Of a DNA stretch of 64,000 nt, positions 22,435-33,527 are shown in pieces. Each line of letters opens with the position of its first letter. Positions within the stretch are counted from its first letter, which is position 1. The position numbers and the translations under genes were made by a program. The notes below the pieces were generated by a model. The model did no database searches and had not been told where the DNA came from. It saw only the letters and a program-made list of their open reading frames with translations. Source of the stretch: an uncultured Nitrososphaerales archaeon (lineage in GTDB: Archaea; Thermoproteota; Nitrososphaeria; Nitrososphaerales; Nitrososphaeraceae); the NCBI GenBank assembly GCA_963695855.1, contig CAVOHZ010000004.1:1-64000 (forward strand), given 5' to 3'.

Positions 22435-22788
22435 ATGAATACTTCAGTTTTAAAAGATCAAAAATACCAAACTTGTATTGATTCATGTAACAATTGTGCA
22501 GAATGTTGTGAAGCTTGTTGTACAGAATGCATGTCTAATAAAGAGATGGCAGGAATGATGACTAGATGCATGATGATGTGTCGTGACTGTGCAGATATGT
22601 GCAGAATGGCTTCTATGATGATGGCAAGAGGTAGCGAATACGTAAAACAGATGTGCAATATGTGTGCTGAGATGTGTGACGCATGTGCCATGGAATGTGA
22701 GAAAATGGGTGGAAAAATGGAGATGTGTAAAACATGTGCAGAGATGTGCAGAATGTGTGCACAAGAATGTCGTAACATGACAAGATAA
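22435..22788 (+). CDS. Four-helix-bundle copper storage protein (Csp3/DUF326-like)
   Basis: Repeated CxxxC/CxxC along four helices (CIDSCNNCAECCEAC, CRDCADMC, CAEMCDACAMEC, CAEMCRMCAQEC). No signal peptide. Confidence 0.88.
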   Translation: MNTSVLKDQKYQTCIDSCNNCAECCEACCTECMSNKEMAGMMTRCMMMCRDCADMCRMASMMMARGSEYVKQMCNMCAEMCDACAMECEKMGGKMEMCKTCAEMCRMCAQECRNMTR

Positions 22789-22913
22789 AAGTATACATTA
22801 GAAATTATAAACTAGAAAACAAAAATAATTTATAATTTATCTTTTTTTGTAAAATAATAATTTAATATGAAATTTCATCAAATTAATAAAAATAAGATAC
22901 AGTTTTATTTTTA

Positions 22914-23824
22914 GAGCCTATCCCAAAATTATCCTCCTGTAAACAATTATGCTATTTGCTAATTGTACAAGACCTAGATAGTTCTCATCCTTCTTTTCAT
23001 ATCTTGTAAATAACCTCCTCAATCTATTGTGCCATGAATTTGTTCTCTCTACAACCCATCTTCTTGAGGGATGTTTTGTAGAAAATATTCTTTCTTTTTC
23101 TCTTCTGTGTCGTATATGCGGTATGTATCCCCTTTTGACCATTTCTTGTTCTACTTCGTTGGAATGATATGCTTTGTCAATGCACAGAATCTGTTTCTTC
23201 TGTTTATGCTTTACTTTGGGAGATGATGATGGTCTTTTGATTACAATGTTATCAACTGTATCAATTGCAACAGTAACATCATTGTGAGTATTCGCAGATG
23301 TTATAACAGTAGAGAGAGGAATACCATCTTTATCTGTAAGAATATGTCTTTTACTGCCTAATTTGCTTCTATCTGTAGTAGGATTATGGCCTGTCCTCGC
23401 CCCCCTAAAGGTGACTTTATAGAGATGCTGTCAAGTGATTGCCAGTTCCATTTGATTCCCTTCGTTAAATCATACATTTGTAGCAATATTGTCCAGATTC
23501 TATCAAATATATCTGATTGTACCCATTCTTGAAATTTTCTATGACATGTTGAACCAGAACCATATTCTTTGTTTGGGTAACATTTTCCACTGACATCCAG
23601 TTCTTAGTATAAACATTATTCCATCAAGGACTTTTCTGTATGGAACAATTGGACGACCTATGGTGTTCTCCGGTTTCTCATCTGGTAAAATATCTTCAAT
23701 TTCATTCCAAAGATCATCTGGAATACGTATAATTGTTCTACTAACAGACTTTTTACTCTTTAGCATTACCATGTATGATAAGAAACAAACGAGCTATATT
23801 CCTATCTATTTTTGGGATAGGCTC
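22914..23824 (-). mobile_element. IS5-family insertion sequence (IS1031/IS427-like), transposase frameshifted
   Basis: 15-bp terminal inverted repeats GAGCCTATCCCAAAA / TTTTGGGATAGGCTC with TTA on both flanks. Transposase motifs LRTGCQWKMLP and RWVVERTNSW...RYEK. Confidence 0.92.
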
Positions 23825-24393
23825 TTAAATTAAAGAAACATACTAAAAGAATTGAATTAAAAATTAAAATGAGTTGGCAGGACTTATTGCGTAGCATACA
23901 AGGTCATACCAACTCATTGACCAAGGTGTAAAGGTTTGTCGTCGCTTGCCGACTATTCATCCTATGAATGACAATATTTTTCCATACCACCATATAGGAA
24001 CGTAACATATATAATTGATTGCAAAGATGCAAAATAAACATATTATGTGATAGTTAGACATATTAAAGATGGAAAATTACTTATTCGCTGCTTTTGATCC
24101 CATTTATATGCAAGAGAAGATGTTAAAACCATGAAAATATTTACATTGATTTTTTTTTTTGGAAATGTGTAATAATTTCTTATATTATATAGCTTTATGA
24201 AGGATACATGGAAGTTTTCATTAAATTAATTCCAACTTATAATTTATAATTACTGTCTTAAGATAAACCAATTTCAATAAAAATGTGCAAATGTTACATA
24301 TATGCAAAATTAGTATTATCTACATAAAAAACACTAATAATGTTTTAGTATTTAATTCAAAAAAAATTAGAGAAGTATTTAAATATCCAAATT

Positions 24394-24819
24394 ATGGTAA
24401 TAAATACAATGAACACAGCAATGTTTGTAATATCCGTAATACTGAGCTTTACCCTACTGGGCTCTTTTTCTCTTGGAAAAGTGTTTGCACTCAAGGATGA
24501 AGATGGCAGATATATCATAGTAACAGTAGAAAATGTCAAAAGCAGAGATATAGATGTTACAGCATATGTATATGATAAAGATAAGGATAAAAAAATTGAA
24601 GGCAGTCCTGACCCTATTGACGAAACTGCTTCACAAATTAAACACGTATTTAAATTTGATGTTGACGATCTTCCTAATGATGTAGGACCAGGCACACAAT
24701 TCATTGTCTGTTTAGAGTTCAAGAGTGGCGCAGGAGAACCATCATGTTGGACAGACACCTTTAAGTCAGAAAGTCAGCCAAACAGAGTAACATTGGACGC
24801 AGATTATATACGGGATTAA
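24394..24819 (+). CDS. Secreted hypothetical protein
   Basis: Signal peptide ending in VFA, then a beta-rich domain with two Cys. Confidence 0.7.
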   Translation: MVINTMNTAMFVISVILSFTLLGSFSLGKVFALKDEDGRYIIVTVENVKSRDIDVTAYVYDKDKDKKIEGSPDPIDETASQIKHVFKFDVDDLPNDVGPGTQFIVCLEFKSGAGEPSCWTDTFKSESQPNRVTLDADYIRD

Positions 24820-25064
24820 TTTTATTTGTTTGTGACAAAATTTTTATTATTTTTTGCATAAAAGATATTTTTTTCTAGTTATTCCATTTGAAATCATATA
24901 AGACTAACAATAGATTAAATAAAAACATACCAGAAATGTAAGTATTAATCTTTTATAATATGTATCAAATAGTGTTTCTCAAAGCTCTACCAAACATTTA
25001 CAAAAGTTATTATATTTTGATTGTTTACATCTAAATATTACTTTTAACTAATATTAGGTCAGTT

Positions 25065-26054
25065 TTAAGAACTTGTGGGAATTAGAGCGTATATTTTTTT
25101 TCTTCCATCATTTGGATCCAAACTTTCAGATATTAATCCTTGCCGTTTCAGATCGTTTATTGAAGCTTGGATTGTTCTTCTAGGAAGCTCGGTAACACGT
25201 ACTAATTCTGTCTGATCAATAGGATGGTAAGATTTAATCATAAAATAAATAAATTTTGCCGATGGCCCTCCTAAAATATTTTTATGGATAGATATAGTAT
25301 TTTCAGTGGATGGTATTTCTAATTTAGAATAATATTTTCTTCGAGTCCACTCTATCAGTCCTACTTGAAAGAGATCGACTAGTCCTAAATTTACTCGCTC
25401 CCCCAATTTCGAAATTAGACGAATTTGTTGAGGTTCAATTGAAGTGTCAAATACAAAATATTTTTGAGAAAATGTTGATGTCAATAATGAAATTAACTTC
25501 CAATTAATATTTCTGTCAAATATTTCTGAACTGAATTTTTCTTCTACCTCGAGAACTATTTTATTTCTATTAATTTTAAGTAAATTTCCAATTCTTTCGA
25601 AGATTTTTTTATCTGATATATTGTTACATAAATTTCTTTTATTAAATTTCCATTGTAGTTCAAAATTGTATGAATTTATTATATCAATAATTTTTTCATT
25701 ATCTTCTAAGCTATTACTAATATTATCCTCTATTTCTATGATATCAAACCCAAATGATAATAATTCACGCACACATTCGTCAAAAGAATTATTCATAATA
25801 GCAAATTCTGTAATTTTACTATCTACAGAAACTCGAATATCATATTCGTGGTAAAATTTTATACGTCTTTCCAGTTCAGTTGGTGAATATAAAAGTAAAT
25901 TTGATTCAGGTATCTTAACATAATCAATAAATAAAGCCATTTTTTTAAAATTATCAATATCGGCTGGTTGTAATTTATCGGTAATAGATGTTATACCTTC
26001 CTGACGTGGTTTTTTAACATCTGTACGCTCTAAAGCCAATATTTTATTAAACAT
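25065..26054 (-). CDS. Divergent ComA-family/winged-HTH fusion paralogue
   Basis: KPRQEGITSITDK, GFDIIEIE, LGERVNLG and GGPSAKFIYF...DQTELVRVTELPRRTIQ...DGRKKIY align with 20082..21065. Several barrel motifs are altered. Confidence 0.8.
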   Translation of the reverse strand: MFNKILALERTDVKKPRQEGITSITDKLQPADIDNFKKMALFIDYVKIPESNLLLYSPTELERRIKFYHEYDIRVSVDSKITEFAIMNNSFDECVRELLSFGFDIIEIEDNISNSLEDNEKIIDIINSYNFELQWKFNKRNLCNNISDKKIFERIGNLLKINRNKIVLEVEEKFSSEIFDRNINWKLISLLTSTFSQKYFVFDTSIEPQQIRLISKLGERVNLGLVDLFQVGLIEWTRRKYYSKLEIPSTENTISIHKNILGGPSAKFIYFMIKSYHPIDQTELVRVTELPRRTIQASINDLKRQGLISESLDPNDGRKKIYALIPTSS

Positions 26055-26419
26055 GAATTTTGATATCCTTAAACGGTTATAAAATAATTATTAAATATGC
26101 AGAAAATAGATCATATGCGAAAGTTACGCATATAATACTAAATAATTCTCTATAATAAAATTTGTAGCATTGTAATATTCTAATAATTGAATAACGATCC
26201 GATGATGTATGTTTTAATATTTACTTTTTTTGGAAAATATATTTTCTAATTCATTAAAATGGGAAGGATTACCATTTTCACCATAACAATAATCTAAAAA
26301 AATAAGCTATTAGACTCTATTATTGAACTTATGTCATTGGATGCCAATTTTACATATAATTGAATTTTTAAGCACATTTGAATTGAATTAAATATAATGA
26401 GATGTAATCAAAGGAAAAG

Positions 26420-27205
26420 ATGTACTGCAAAAATGATTATTCCAACCCAAAAGTATACTTAGATTTAAAAGAAGTATCTAAAAATTTTTTACATACAAAT
26501 TCTAATATGATGAATGTCGTATTAGAAAATGTAAATGTTCAAATTTTAGATGGTGAATTTGTTACAATTCTAGGGAAATCGGGTTGTGGGAAGACTACAC
26601 TCCTTAACATAATTGCAGGTTTTGAAAATTCATTTGGTGGAGAAATACTAATTGACGGCCAACCAATTAGAAATATTAGTCCAGATAGGGTTATGTTATT
26701 TCAAGAATCTGCGCTTTTTCCATGGTTTACAGCCTTTCAAAACATAGATGTTGCCTTGAAAATGGCAAAAATTCCAAAGGATCAAAGGAAACAAATAATA
26801 AAACATTACCTGAAGATTGTTGATTTAACGGATTATTCCGATTCCTATATTCATCAACTTTCAGGAGGCATGAAACAACGAGTCTCTCTGGCTAGGGCGC
26901 TCGCGTTAAATCCTAAAATTTTACTTATGGATGAACCATTTGCTGCTTTAGATATTTCAATTAAAAACTCTCTTTACAAAGAGCTTTTAGAGTTACATAA
27001 AAAAACTAGAAAAACAATCCTATTCGTAACTCACAATATTAACGAAGCTGTATTATTAGGAGATAGGGTTATATTAATGTCTCCAAAATTATGCAGTATA
27101 AAGAAAGAGTATATTATTGATATTCCTAAAGAGGAAAGACTCAATAATCCAGATATCAAAAATTTAATTGACCAAATTACCTTAGATTTATATGAAGATG
27201 AATAA
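26420..27205 (+). CDS. ABC transporter ATP-binding protein (SsuB/TauB/NrtD type)
   Basis: GKSGCGKT, LSGGMKQR, LLMDEPFAALD, FVTH. Confidence 0.93.
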   Translation: MYCKNDYSNPKVYLDLKEVSKNFLHTNSNMMNVVLENVNVQILDGEFVTILGKSGCGKTTLLNIIAGFENSFGGEILIDGQPIRNISPDRVMLFQESALFPWFTAFQNIDVALKMAKIPKDQRKQIIKHYLKIVDLTDYSDSYIHQLSGGMKQRVSLARALALNPKILLMDEPFAALDISIKNSLYKELLELHKKTRKTILFVTHNINEAVLLGDRVILMSPKLCSIKKEYIIDIPKEERLNNPDIKNLIDQITLDLYEDE

Positions 27206-27234
27206 ACAAGACCTGACGCTGGAGACTAGAAAGC

Positions 27235-28062
27235 TTGGAATCAAAAATACAACGTAGTAAAAAAAAATATAATCTAAGTAAAAACATAATAAACAAGGAT
27301 ACATTAAGTTTAATAGTTTTTATCGTAGCTTTCTTAGCTCTATGGCAATTAGTTTACATGTTAGAAATATGGCCAAAAGTATCTCTACCATCTCCGTTTG
27401 CGGTAGGACAGACAATTGTAGATTTATTATTGGATTTCACATTAGTTAAAGGTACAGCAATTTCACTATGGAGGTTATTTTTAGGTTTTCTAATGTCTAT
27501 TTCAATAGGACTAATTGTAGGTTTGATCATGGTCAAGTTTTTACATTTTGGAAAAACTATGAGTTCATTTGCTTTAGGCTTGCAGTCATTTCCAAGTATT
27601 GCTTGGATTCCATTTGCTATTTTATTAATAGGCTTTAATGATTATGGAATATTGTTCGTAGTTGTTATGAGTTCTGTTTTTTCAGTGATGCTCTCAACTT
27701 ATAGTGGGATTCAAAATATTTCTCCAATATATATAAAAGCTGCCAAGAATATGGGTGCAAAGGGATTTTCATTATTTATATATGTATTGATTCCTGCTGC
27801 CACTCCTTCTTTGATTATAGGTATGAGGCAGGCATGGTCATTTGCTTGGCATGCACTAATTGGTGCAGAAATGCTAATAACTACTCTTGTCGGTTTGGGT
27901 CACATATTATCCGTGGGAAGAGAATTCTCTAATATGAGTCAAATAATTGCAACGATGCTGGTTATATTTGCCATAGGTTTAGTTTTTGATAGATTCGTTT
28001 TTTCAAAAATTGAAGAAAAGGTACGCGATAGATGGGGATTAAATCAACAGATCGGGCAATAA
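27235..28062 (+). CDS. ABC transporter permease (SsuC/TauC type)
   Basis: LPSP, PSIAWIP, AAKNMGA EAA-like loop, AWHALIGAEM. Confidence 0.92.
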   Translation: MESKIQRSKKKYNLSKNIINKDTLSLIVFIVAFLALWQLVYMLEIWPKVSLPSPFAVGQTIVDLLLDFTLVKGTAISLWRLFLGFLMSISIGLIVGLIMVKFLHFGKTMSSFALGLQSFPSIAWIPFAILLIGFNDYGILFVVVMSSVFSVMLSTYSGIQNISPIYIKAAKNMGAKGFSLFIYVLIPAATPSLIIGMRQAWSFAWHALIGAEMLITTLVGLGHILSVGREFSNMSQIIATMLVIFAIGLVFDRFVFSKIEEKVRDRWGLNQQIGQ

Positions 28063-28450
28063 TATTTTTAAAGAATATTAGATTTATTGCGTAATTAGCA
28101 ACCATCTAAAAATCCAGGTGATTAAATATGTTTCATGGTAAAAACCAATATGGAATTTATAATATTCCCAGTTTTTAGTCCAGATTTTAGGAAAATTTTA
28201 TCCATGGTTAATTACACAATAGATCTATTCATTTACTAATAATAAGGGTGGTTATAAATAATAATATTAGGCATGATCTTGATAACATTATGTCTGGATA
28301 ACATTAAATTATGTATGTAAACTAAGTTATTTGCTTTTTTATTATGGAATTTTATATAGACACATATATTGAAAATAATAATTTTTTCATATACTATCTT
28401 ATTATTTGCAAGATTGTTTGCCCACTTTTTTAGTTAGTTAATGGAAAAAA

Positions 28451-29596
28451 ATGCATATAAATGTTAAATTATGCGTATTCAACAGCATTCTTATATACAT
28501 TTTAACAAGTTTATTTATGGACAAAAACATTAGATCCAGCGAAAATGCAATCCTGTTAATTATTCTAGCAGTAATGATCCTTTTTCCAATATCACAACAA
28601 TCATTTTCTCAGACAGAGGATAAAAAAGTATTAAGAATTGGTTATTTCCCGAATATCAATCATGCTCAAGCAGTAATAGGAATAGGAAATGGAGATTTTC
28701 AAAAAGTATTAGGTAATAATATTGAAATAAAGTCTCTTGTATTTAATGCAGGTCCTTCTGCAATAGAAGCGTTATTTGCCAAACAAGTTGATGTTACATA
28801 TGTCGGACCAAATCCAGCTATTAATGGATATGTTGTGTCAGGTGGTGAAGATATTAGAATAATATCAGGTGCCTCTAGTGGAGGAGCAGTATTCATTATC
28901 AGAGCTGATTCAGGTATAGAATCTACTAAAGATTTTGCAAATAAGAAATTTGCATCGCCTCAACTAGGTAACACGCAAGACGTAGCGTTAAGAAATTATC
29001 TTATAGAGAATGGATATAAGACGACAGAAAACGGTGGAAATGTTACCGTTCTACCTGCAAAGAATCCAGATATACTAACATTATTTCTGAAAAAGGATAT
29101 TGATGGTGCATGGGTTCCAGAGCCATGGGGAGAACGATTGATTAAGGAAGCTAATGGAAAATTATTCTTGGATGAACGTGATTTATGGCCTGATGGAAAA
29201 TTTGTGACTGGTCTAATTGTTGCAAGATCCGAGTATCTAAAACAAAATCCTGATGTGATTGAAAAATTTCTTAAAGCTCATGTAGAAGAGACTCAATGGA
29301 TAAATAAGAATAAACAAGAAGCAGTAAAGGCTTTTAATACTGAGCTCAAGAAGTTAACTGGACAGATAATACCAGAAGACACCTTGAAAGTATCATTGAC
29401 AAGGCTCGAACTAACTTATGACCCTATACAACAATCACTATACAAATCGGCTAATGATGCTTTTGATATAGGATTTCTTGGAAAAACAAAACCTGATCTT
29501 TCCAATATATTTGATCTAAATATACAGAACAAAATATTACAAGAAAAGGCTTTGGTTAGCATAAATAGTACGAGTAATCTCACTTCCCAAAAATAG
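28451..29596 (+). CDS. ABC substrate-binding protein, aliphatic sulfonate (SsuA-like); start probably 28517
   Basis: RIGYFPNINHAQA, FNAGPSAIEAL, YVGPNPAING, PQLGNTQDVALR, DGAWVPEPW. Confidence 0.88.
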   Translation: MHINVKLCVFNSILIYILTSLFMDKNIRSSENAILLIILAVMILFPISQQSFSQTEDKKVLRIGYFPNINHAQAVIGIGNGDFQKVLGNNIEIKSLVFNAGPSAIEALFAKQVDVTYVGPNPAINGYVVSGGEDIRIISGASSGGAVFIIRADSGIESTKDFANKKFASPQLGNTQDVALRNYLIENGYKTTENGGNVTVLPAKNPDILTLFLKKDIDGAWVPEPWGERLIKEANGKLFLDERDLWPDGKFVTGLIVARSEYLKQNPDVIEKFLKAHVEETQWINKNKQEAVKAFNTELKKLTGQIIPEDTLKVSLTRLELTYDPIQQSLYKSANDAFDIGFLGKTKPDLSNIFDLNIQNKILQEKALVSINSTSNLTSQK

Positions 29597-30550
29597 ATTT
29601 CTTCTCAATGTTACATAGGACAAATACAATAACATTAAAAAATCTGGCTGGAAAGATATTTCCTGTCATCTTCCTAGTTTTTTCATTGTTATTCCTGTCA
29701 TTTCTTTTCATAGTAACTATCTACGAAACTTTGACCTATGGTCATTTAACTGAAAAACCTATCAACTAGAACTTCAAAAAATATGGACTACTTCAAATGG
29801 GTAATTGTCTAGTATTTATTTGAATTTGAAATTATGAACTCGATAAATGTTGCTATATTATCCGGTGCTTCTCGTAAAAGTTTTTATTTTTATACATCGT
29901 TCAATGACATACATATTTTGTAGATGATAATTTTGTTGATTTTTTGATAAAAGAATTTCAATTATTAAATTTTCGATTCTAACTTTAGCGTAGCACATTA
30001 TCTATTATATTAAAATTTTTCAGTAGTGAATGTACCCATGTTTTATATGCAGAAAAGTACAGAGTGAAGGGTAGCAAGTACATTTGGATATCTGCAGAAT
30101 CAAACCTTTAAATTAATTTCTATATATCTAAAATAATTTAGTTTCATTTATTAGAAGTCATTAAAACAAAGAAAATACAATTATATAATAAATCATGATA
30201 ATTTCAAGTTTTTTGACAACCATTCAATAAATATTATCAATTTTGTGCTTTATTCAATTCCAAATTTCATTGATAAAGATAACAAAGATTTATCTAAAAA
30301 TTAGTCACTAAATCATCTCTACTATTAATTAGGGTATTTTGTTATTTTTATTTAGACATATCATATTGCTACGATCATATTGGGAACGACTTATCAATCC
30401 CTTAGAAAGTATAGTAATATTTTGACTGATAATTAATATATTGATTTATTATTAGCATTATTTATAACGTAAGCTATAGTAACAATAAAACTGGTAATAG
30501 CGTTATAATGTTAAAATAAATAGGCGACGATATTTTCATGTTTAAGAAGT

Positions 30551-32020
30551 TTGGAAGTCAATAATTATAATATTCTTCATTTGATAATCATATTAGCTTT
30601 ATTTTCTATAATAATATATAGTAATAATCTTAATTTAAAAAGAAACGTATCTGATGAATATTATACTTTATTAGATGTTAATATTCATAACAAAAATGCA
30701 GAGGCAGTAGAATTTGCAGGTAATGCAGAGAATTCTTTCGATTATATCTTTGATCCATCTGAATATATAGCATTTGTGGATTCTAAAAATATAACCGATT
30801 CTGATAACAATGATAGAAAAAATGATACTGAATCGATGATAGCATTTGTGGATTCTAAAAATATAACCGATTCTGATAACAATGATAGAAAAAATGATAC
30901 TGAATCGATGATAGCATTTGTGGATTCTAAAAATATAACCGATTCTGATAACAATGATAGAAAAAATGATACTGAATCGATGATAGCATTTGTGGATTCT
31001 AAAAATATAACCGATTCTGATAACAATGATAGAAAAAATGATACTGAATCGATGATAGCATTTGTGGATTCTAAAAATATAACTGATTCTGATAACAATG
31101 ATAGAAAAAATGATACTGAATCGATGATAGCATTTGATAGATTTGATTCCAATAATGATGATGAAAATTCAAAATCAAACAAAGAATCTAACCACAAATC
31201 AGATTTCAATTTCGTAGCTGTAGGCGATTGGGACTGTAACTCTGAAACTAAAGATACGGTGGAAAACATTTTGGAACAAGATCCAGAAGTGGTACTGGCA
31301 CTAGGAGACCTTTCATATAATGGTAAAGCAAAGTGTTGGCTTAATATAATAGAACCAATATCAGACAAAACCAAAATCGTGATTGGAAACCATGAAACTG
31401 ATTCATCAAAAATTTTGAAAGATTATATGAATTATTTTGGATTGGAGAAACAGTACTATTCTTTTAATTATAAAAATGTCCACTTCATAGCATTATCTAC
31501 AGAAATTCCATATGAAGAAGGATCACAGCAATATGAATTTGTAGTTCAGGATCTTGAAAAGTATTTTAAAGATCGAACAATTGACTGGATTGTCGCATTT
31601 TACCATAGACAAGCATACAGTTCCGGAGGTGGTCCAGACGATGAGGATGATTATACAGAAACATATCATCCATTGTTTGATAAATACAATGTGGTTTTGG
31701 CCCTACAAGGTCATTTGCATGCATATGAAAGATCATATCCAATTACTTTTAACGATGATGATGAAGGTAAACCGATAGTAACTAATACAGACTCAGATAC
31801 CTACGAAAATCCAAAAGGAACAATTTTCGTAACTGCCGGAACTGGAGGAGCACATACTATGAAGATTTCAAAAAGCAAACCATTTTCTGCTTATGGATTG
31901 GACGGAGAATTTGGAATAATTAATATTTCTGTAGAGAATGATGGAACAGTATTAAAAAGTTCATTTATAGAGAATAACGGTGATGAAGATGTATATGACC
32001 AGTTTGATATTATTAAATAA
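30551..32020 (+). CDS. Exported calcineurin-like metallophosphoesterase (purple acid phosphatase-like)
   Basis: AVGDW, GDLSY, GNHE, YHR and GHLHAYER motifs, with an N-terminal hydrophobic anchor. Confidence 0.9.
   Translation: MEVNNYNILHLIIILALFSIIIYSNNLNLKRNVSDEYYTLLDVNIHNKNAEAVEFAGNAENSFDYIFDPSEYIAFVDSKNITDSDNNDRKNDTESMIAFVDSKNITDSDNNDRKNDTESMIAFVDSKNITDSDNNDRKNDTESMIAFVDSKNITDSDNNDRKNDTESMIAFVDSKNITDSDNNDRKNDTESMIAFDRFDSNNDDENSKSNKESNHKSDFNFVAVGDWDCNSETKDTVENILEQDPEVVLALGDLSYNGKAKCWLNIIEPISDKTKIVIGNHETDSSKILKDYMNYFGLEKQYYSFNYKNVHFIALSTEIPYEEGSQQYEFVVQDLEKYFKDRTIDWIVAFYHRQAYSSGGGPDDEDDYTETYHPLFDKYNVVLALQGHLHAYERSYPITFNDDDEGKPIVTNTDSDTYENPKGTIFVTAGTGGAHTMKISKSKPFSAYGLDGEFGIINISVENDGTVLKSSFIENNGDEDVYDQFDIIK
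30767..31136 (+). repeat. 72-bp coding tandem repeat, 5 copies plus a partial
   Basis: Unit encodes IAFVDSKNITDSDNNDRKNDTESM. Copies are near-identical (one ACC/ACT change in copy 5). Confidence 0.95.
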
Positions 32021-33086
32021 AGAAAAAAAATAAAAAATAAAAAACAATCATAGTCACCACTATTTTCTAGAATTAAAAATTATAACGAATTGTAGAGTTG
32101 GAACAGATATTCCTACACATTTTATCATCACACAAGGAGATAAAACACCAAAGAATGACTTAAATATCAAATATAGTAAAGAATTAGCAAAAAGAAATCA
32201 AAATAAAATTGAAAAACACAAATGCCTTAGGAAGAAGAACTTCTTTTTTGTTTATATTTATATTTTTTAGTAATTAAACATCAAAGAAAATATTTGTTAT
32301 TATATTCTTTAATTATAATTTCTTATATGTTGTTTTTCCTTTGTTTTTTTTTTTGATGTAGGTTATTATTTTCCTTCAGAATAGGTCTAATTGAAATGGC
32401 GATTAACTACTCCGATAAATAAGTAAATAATGAATCCAAGTGAAAACGCAGAAAAAGCCTGATTAATTATTTTTGATTTTATGTTCTTAACTAATTTTAA
32501 TCCAATTCTATCATCTGCAAATCTAAATGTTATTCTGGACATATTTAATATTAGTAATTATTAAAAAATCAATATATTATGGATTTTTCCATTTTTTTCT
32601 AATTATATATATGTATCTCCTTATATGATACATTTATTCTATACTTTGTATGAATGATGCGAATAAACTTTTCTTGTACAAACATATTTCTTTCTCAGCG
32701 ATGTTGATACCATCGATTCCTTTGTGGACTGTTTCAATAAGAATTCTGGTTCATATATGTTTACGAGCCCAGTGTATTTTTGTTTCATCTAATACAAAAT
32801 TATTGGAAATAAAATAAAAATGTAAAAACAATCAAAGTATCCTATTTCTAATGAAATCGATCATTTATTAGATTCGAAATTGATAGCTAAGTGAATGTCA
32901 TTGAATTAATAGAGACAGAAAATAGTCTCGGCTATCTCAAGAATAAAATAATATTTATAAGATATTTTCGAAAATATTTCCTTCTGTATTTAAGAAGAAT
33001 TTATTAATTTCGGTTTATTACTCTCCGTACCTAACAAAGTCAGAAATTTATAATATAATAAAAATTAAGAAATCTTAAAGTACGTT

Positions 33087-33527
33087 TTAACTGATAGGCT
33101 TTCCGCTTGCGACTATCTTGTAATCACCTAATTTATTAAAGGCAATAACTTCTGTAATATCGAAAGGCACTTGTTTATCCGGTTTTAAAATAGCAGGAGA
33201 AGTAATAAAATGATCGACTTTTTCTAATAAAACTCCATTTTTATCATAATATTCTGCATGAATTTTTATTTCATGTAAATCATCTGTACTATTATTCTTT
33301 ATATCACCCTTTATTTCAACTAAATTAGTTCCGCCTCTATCTACAAGAAGATTTTCAATTGTCACATTTATTTTATCGACTCTTATAGTTGCAGTACTAT
33401 TTTCTGAGGAGGTTTGTGATTCTATGTCCAAACTAAAAAAAGGAAAAGTAAATGAAACCAACGACAATATAGAAATATATCGAATTTTTTGATATTTATA
33501 TGAACTAGACAGTATATTCCTTATCAT
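33087..33527 (-). CDS. FxLYD-like domain exported protein
   Basis: IKGDIKNNS...IHAEYYDKNG...LKPDKQVPF. Confidence 0.7.
   Translation of the reverse strand: MIRNILSSSYKYQKIRYISILSLVSFTFPFFSLDIESQTSSENSTATIRVDKINVTIENLLVDRGGTNLVEIKGDIKNNSTDDLHEIKIHAEYYDKNGVLLEKVDHFITSPAILKPDKQVPFDITEVIAFNKLGDYKIVASGKPIS

Noticed and set aside
22458-22798. His-rich minus-strand ORFs
   Set aside because: Antisense shadows of the ATG/TGT/TGC-rich Csp3-like gene.
30767-31136. Regular repeats as a CRISPR array
   Set aside because: Head-to-tail 72-bp units with no unique spacers, in frame inside a CDS; no cas genes in the window.
32380-32790. Two ~50-codon minus-strand ORFs
   Set aside because: No motifs or other support; cannot be distinguished from chance ORFs.
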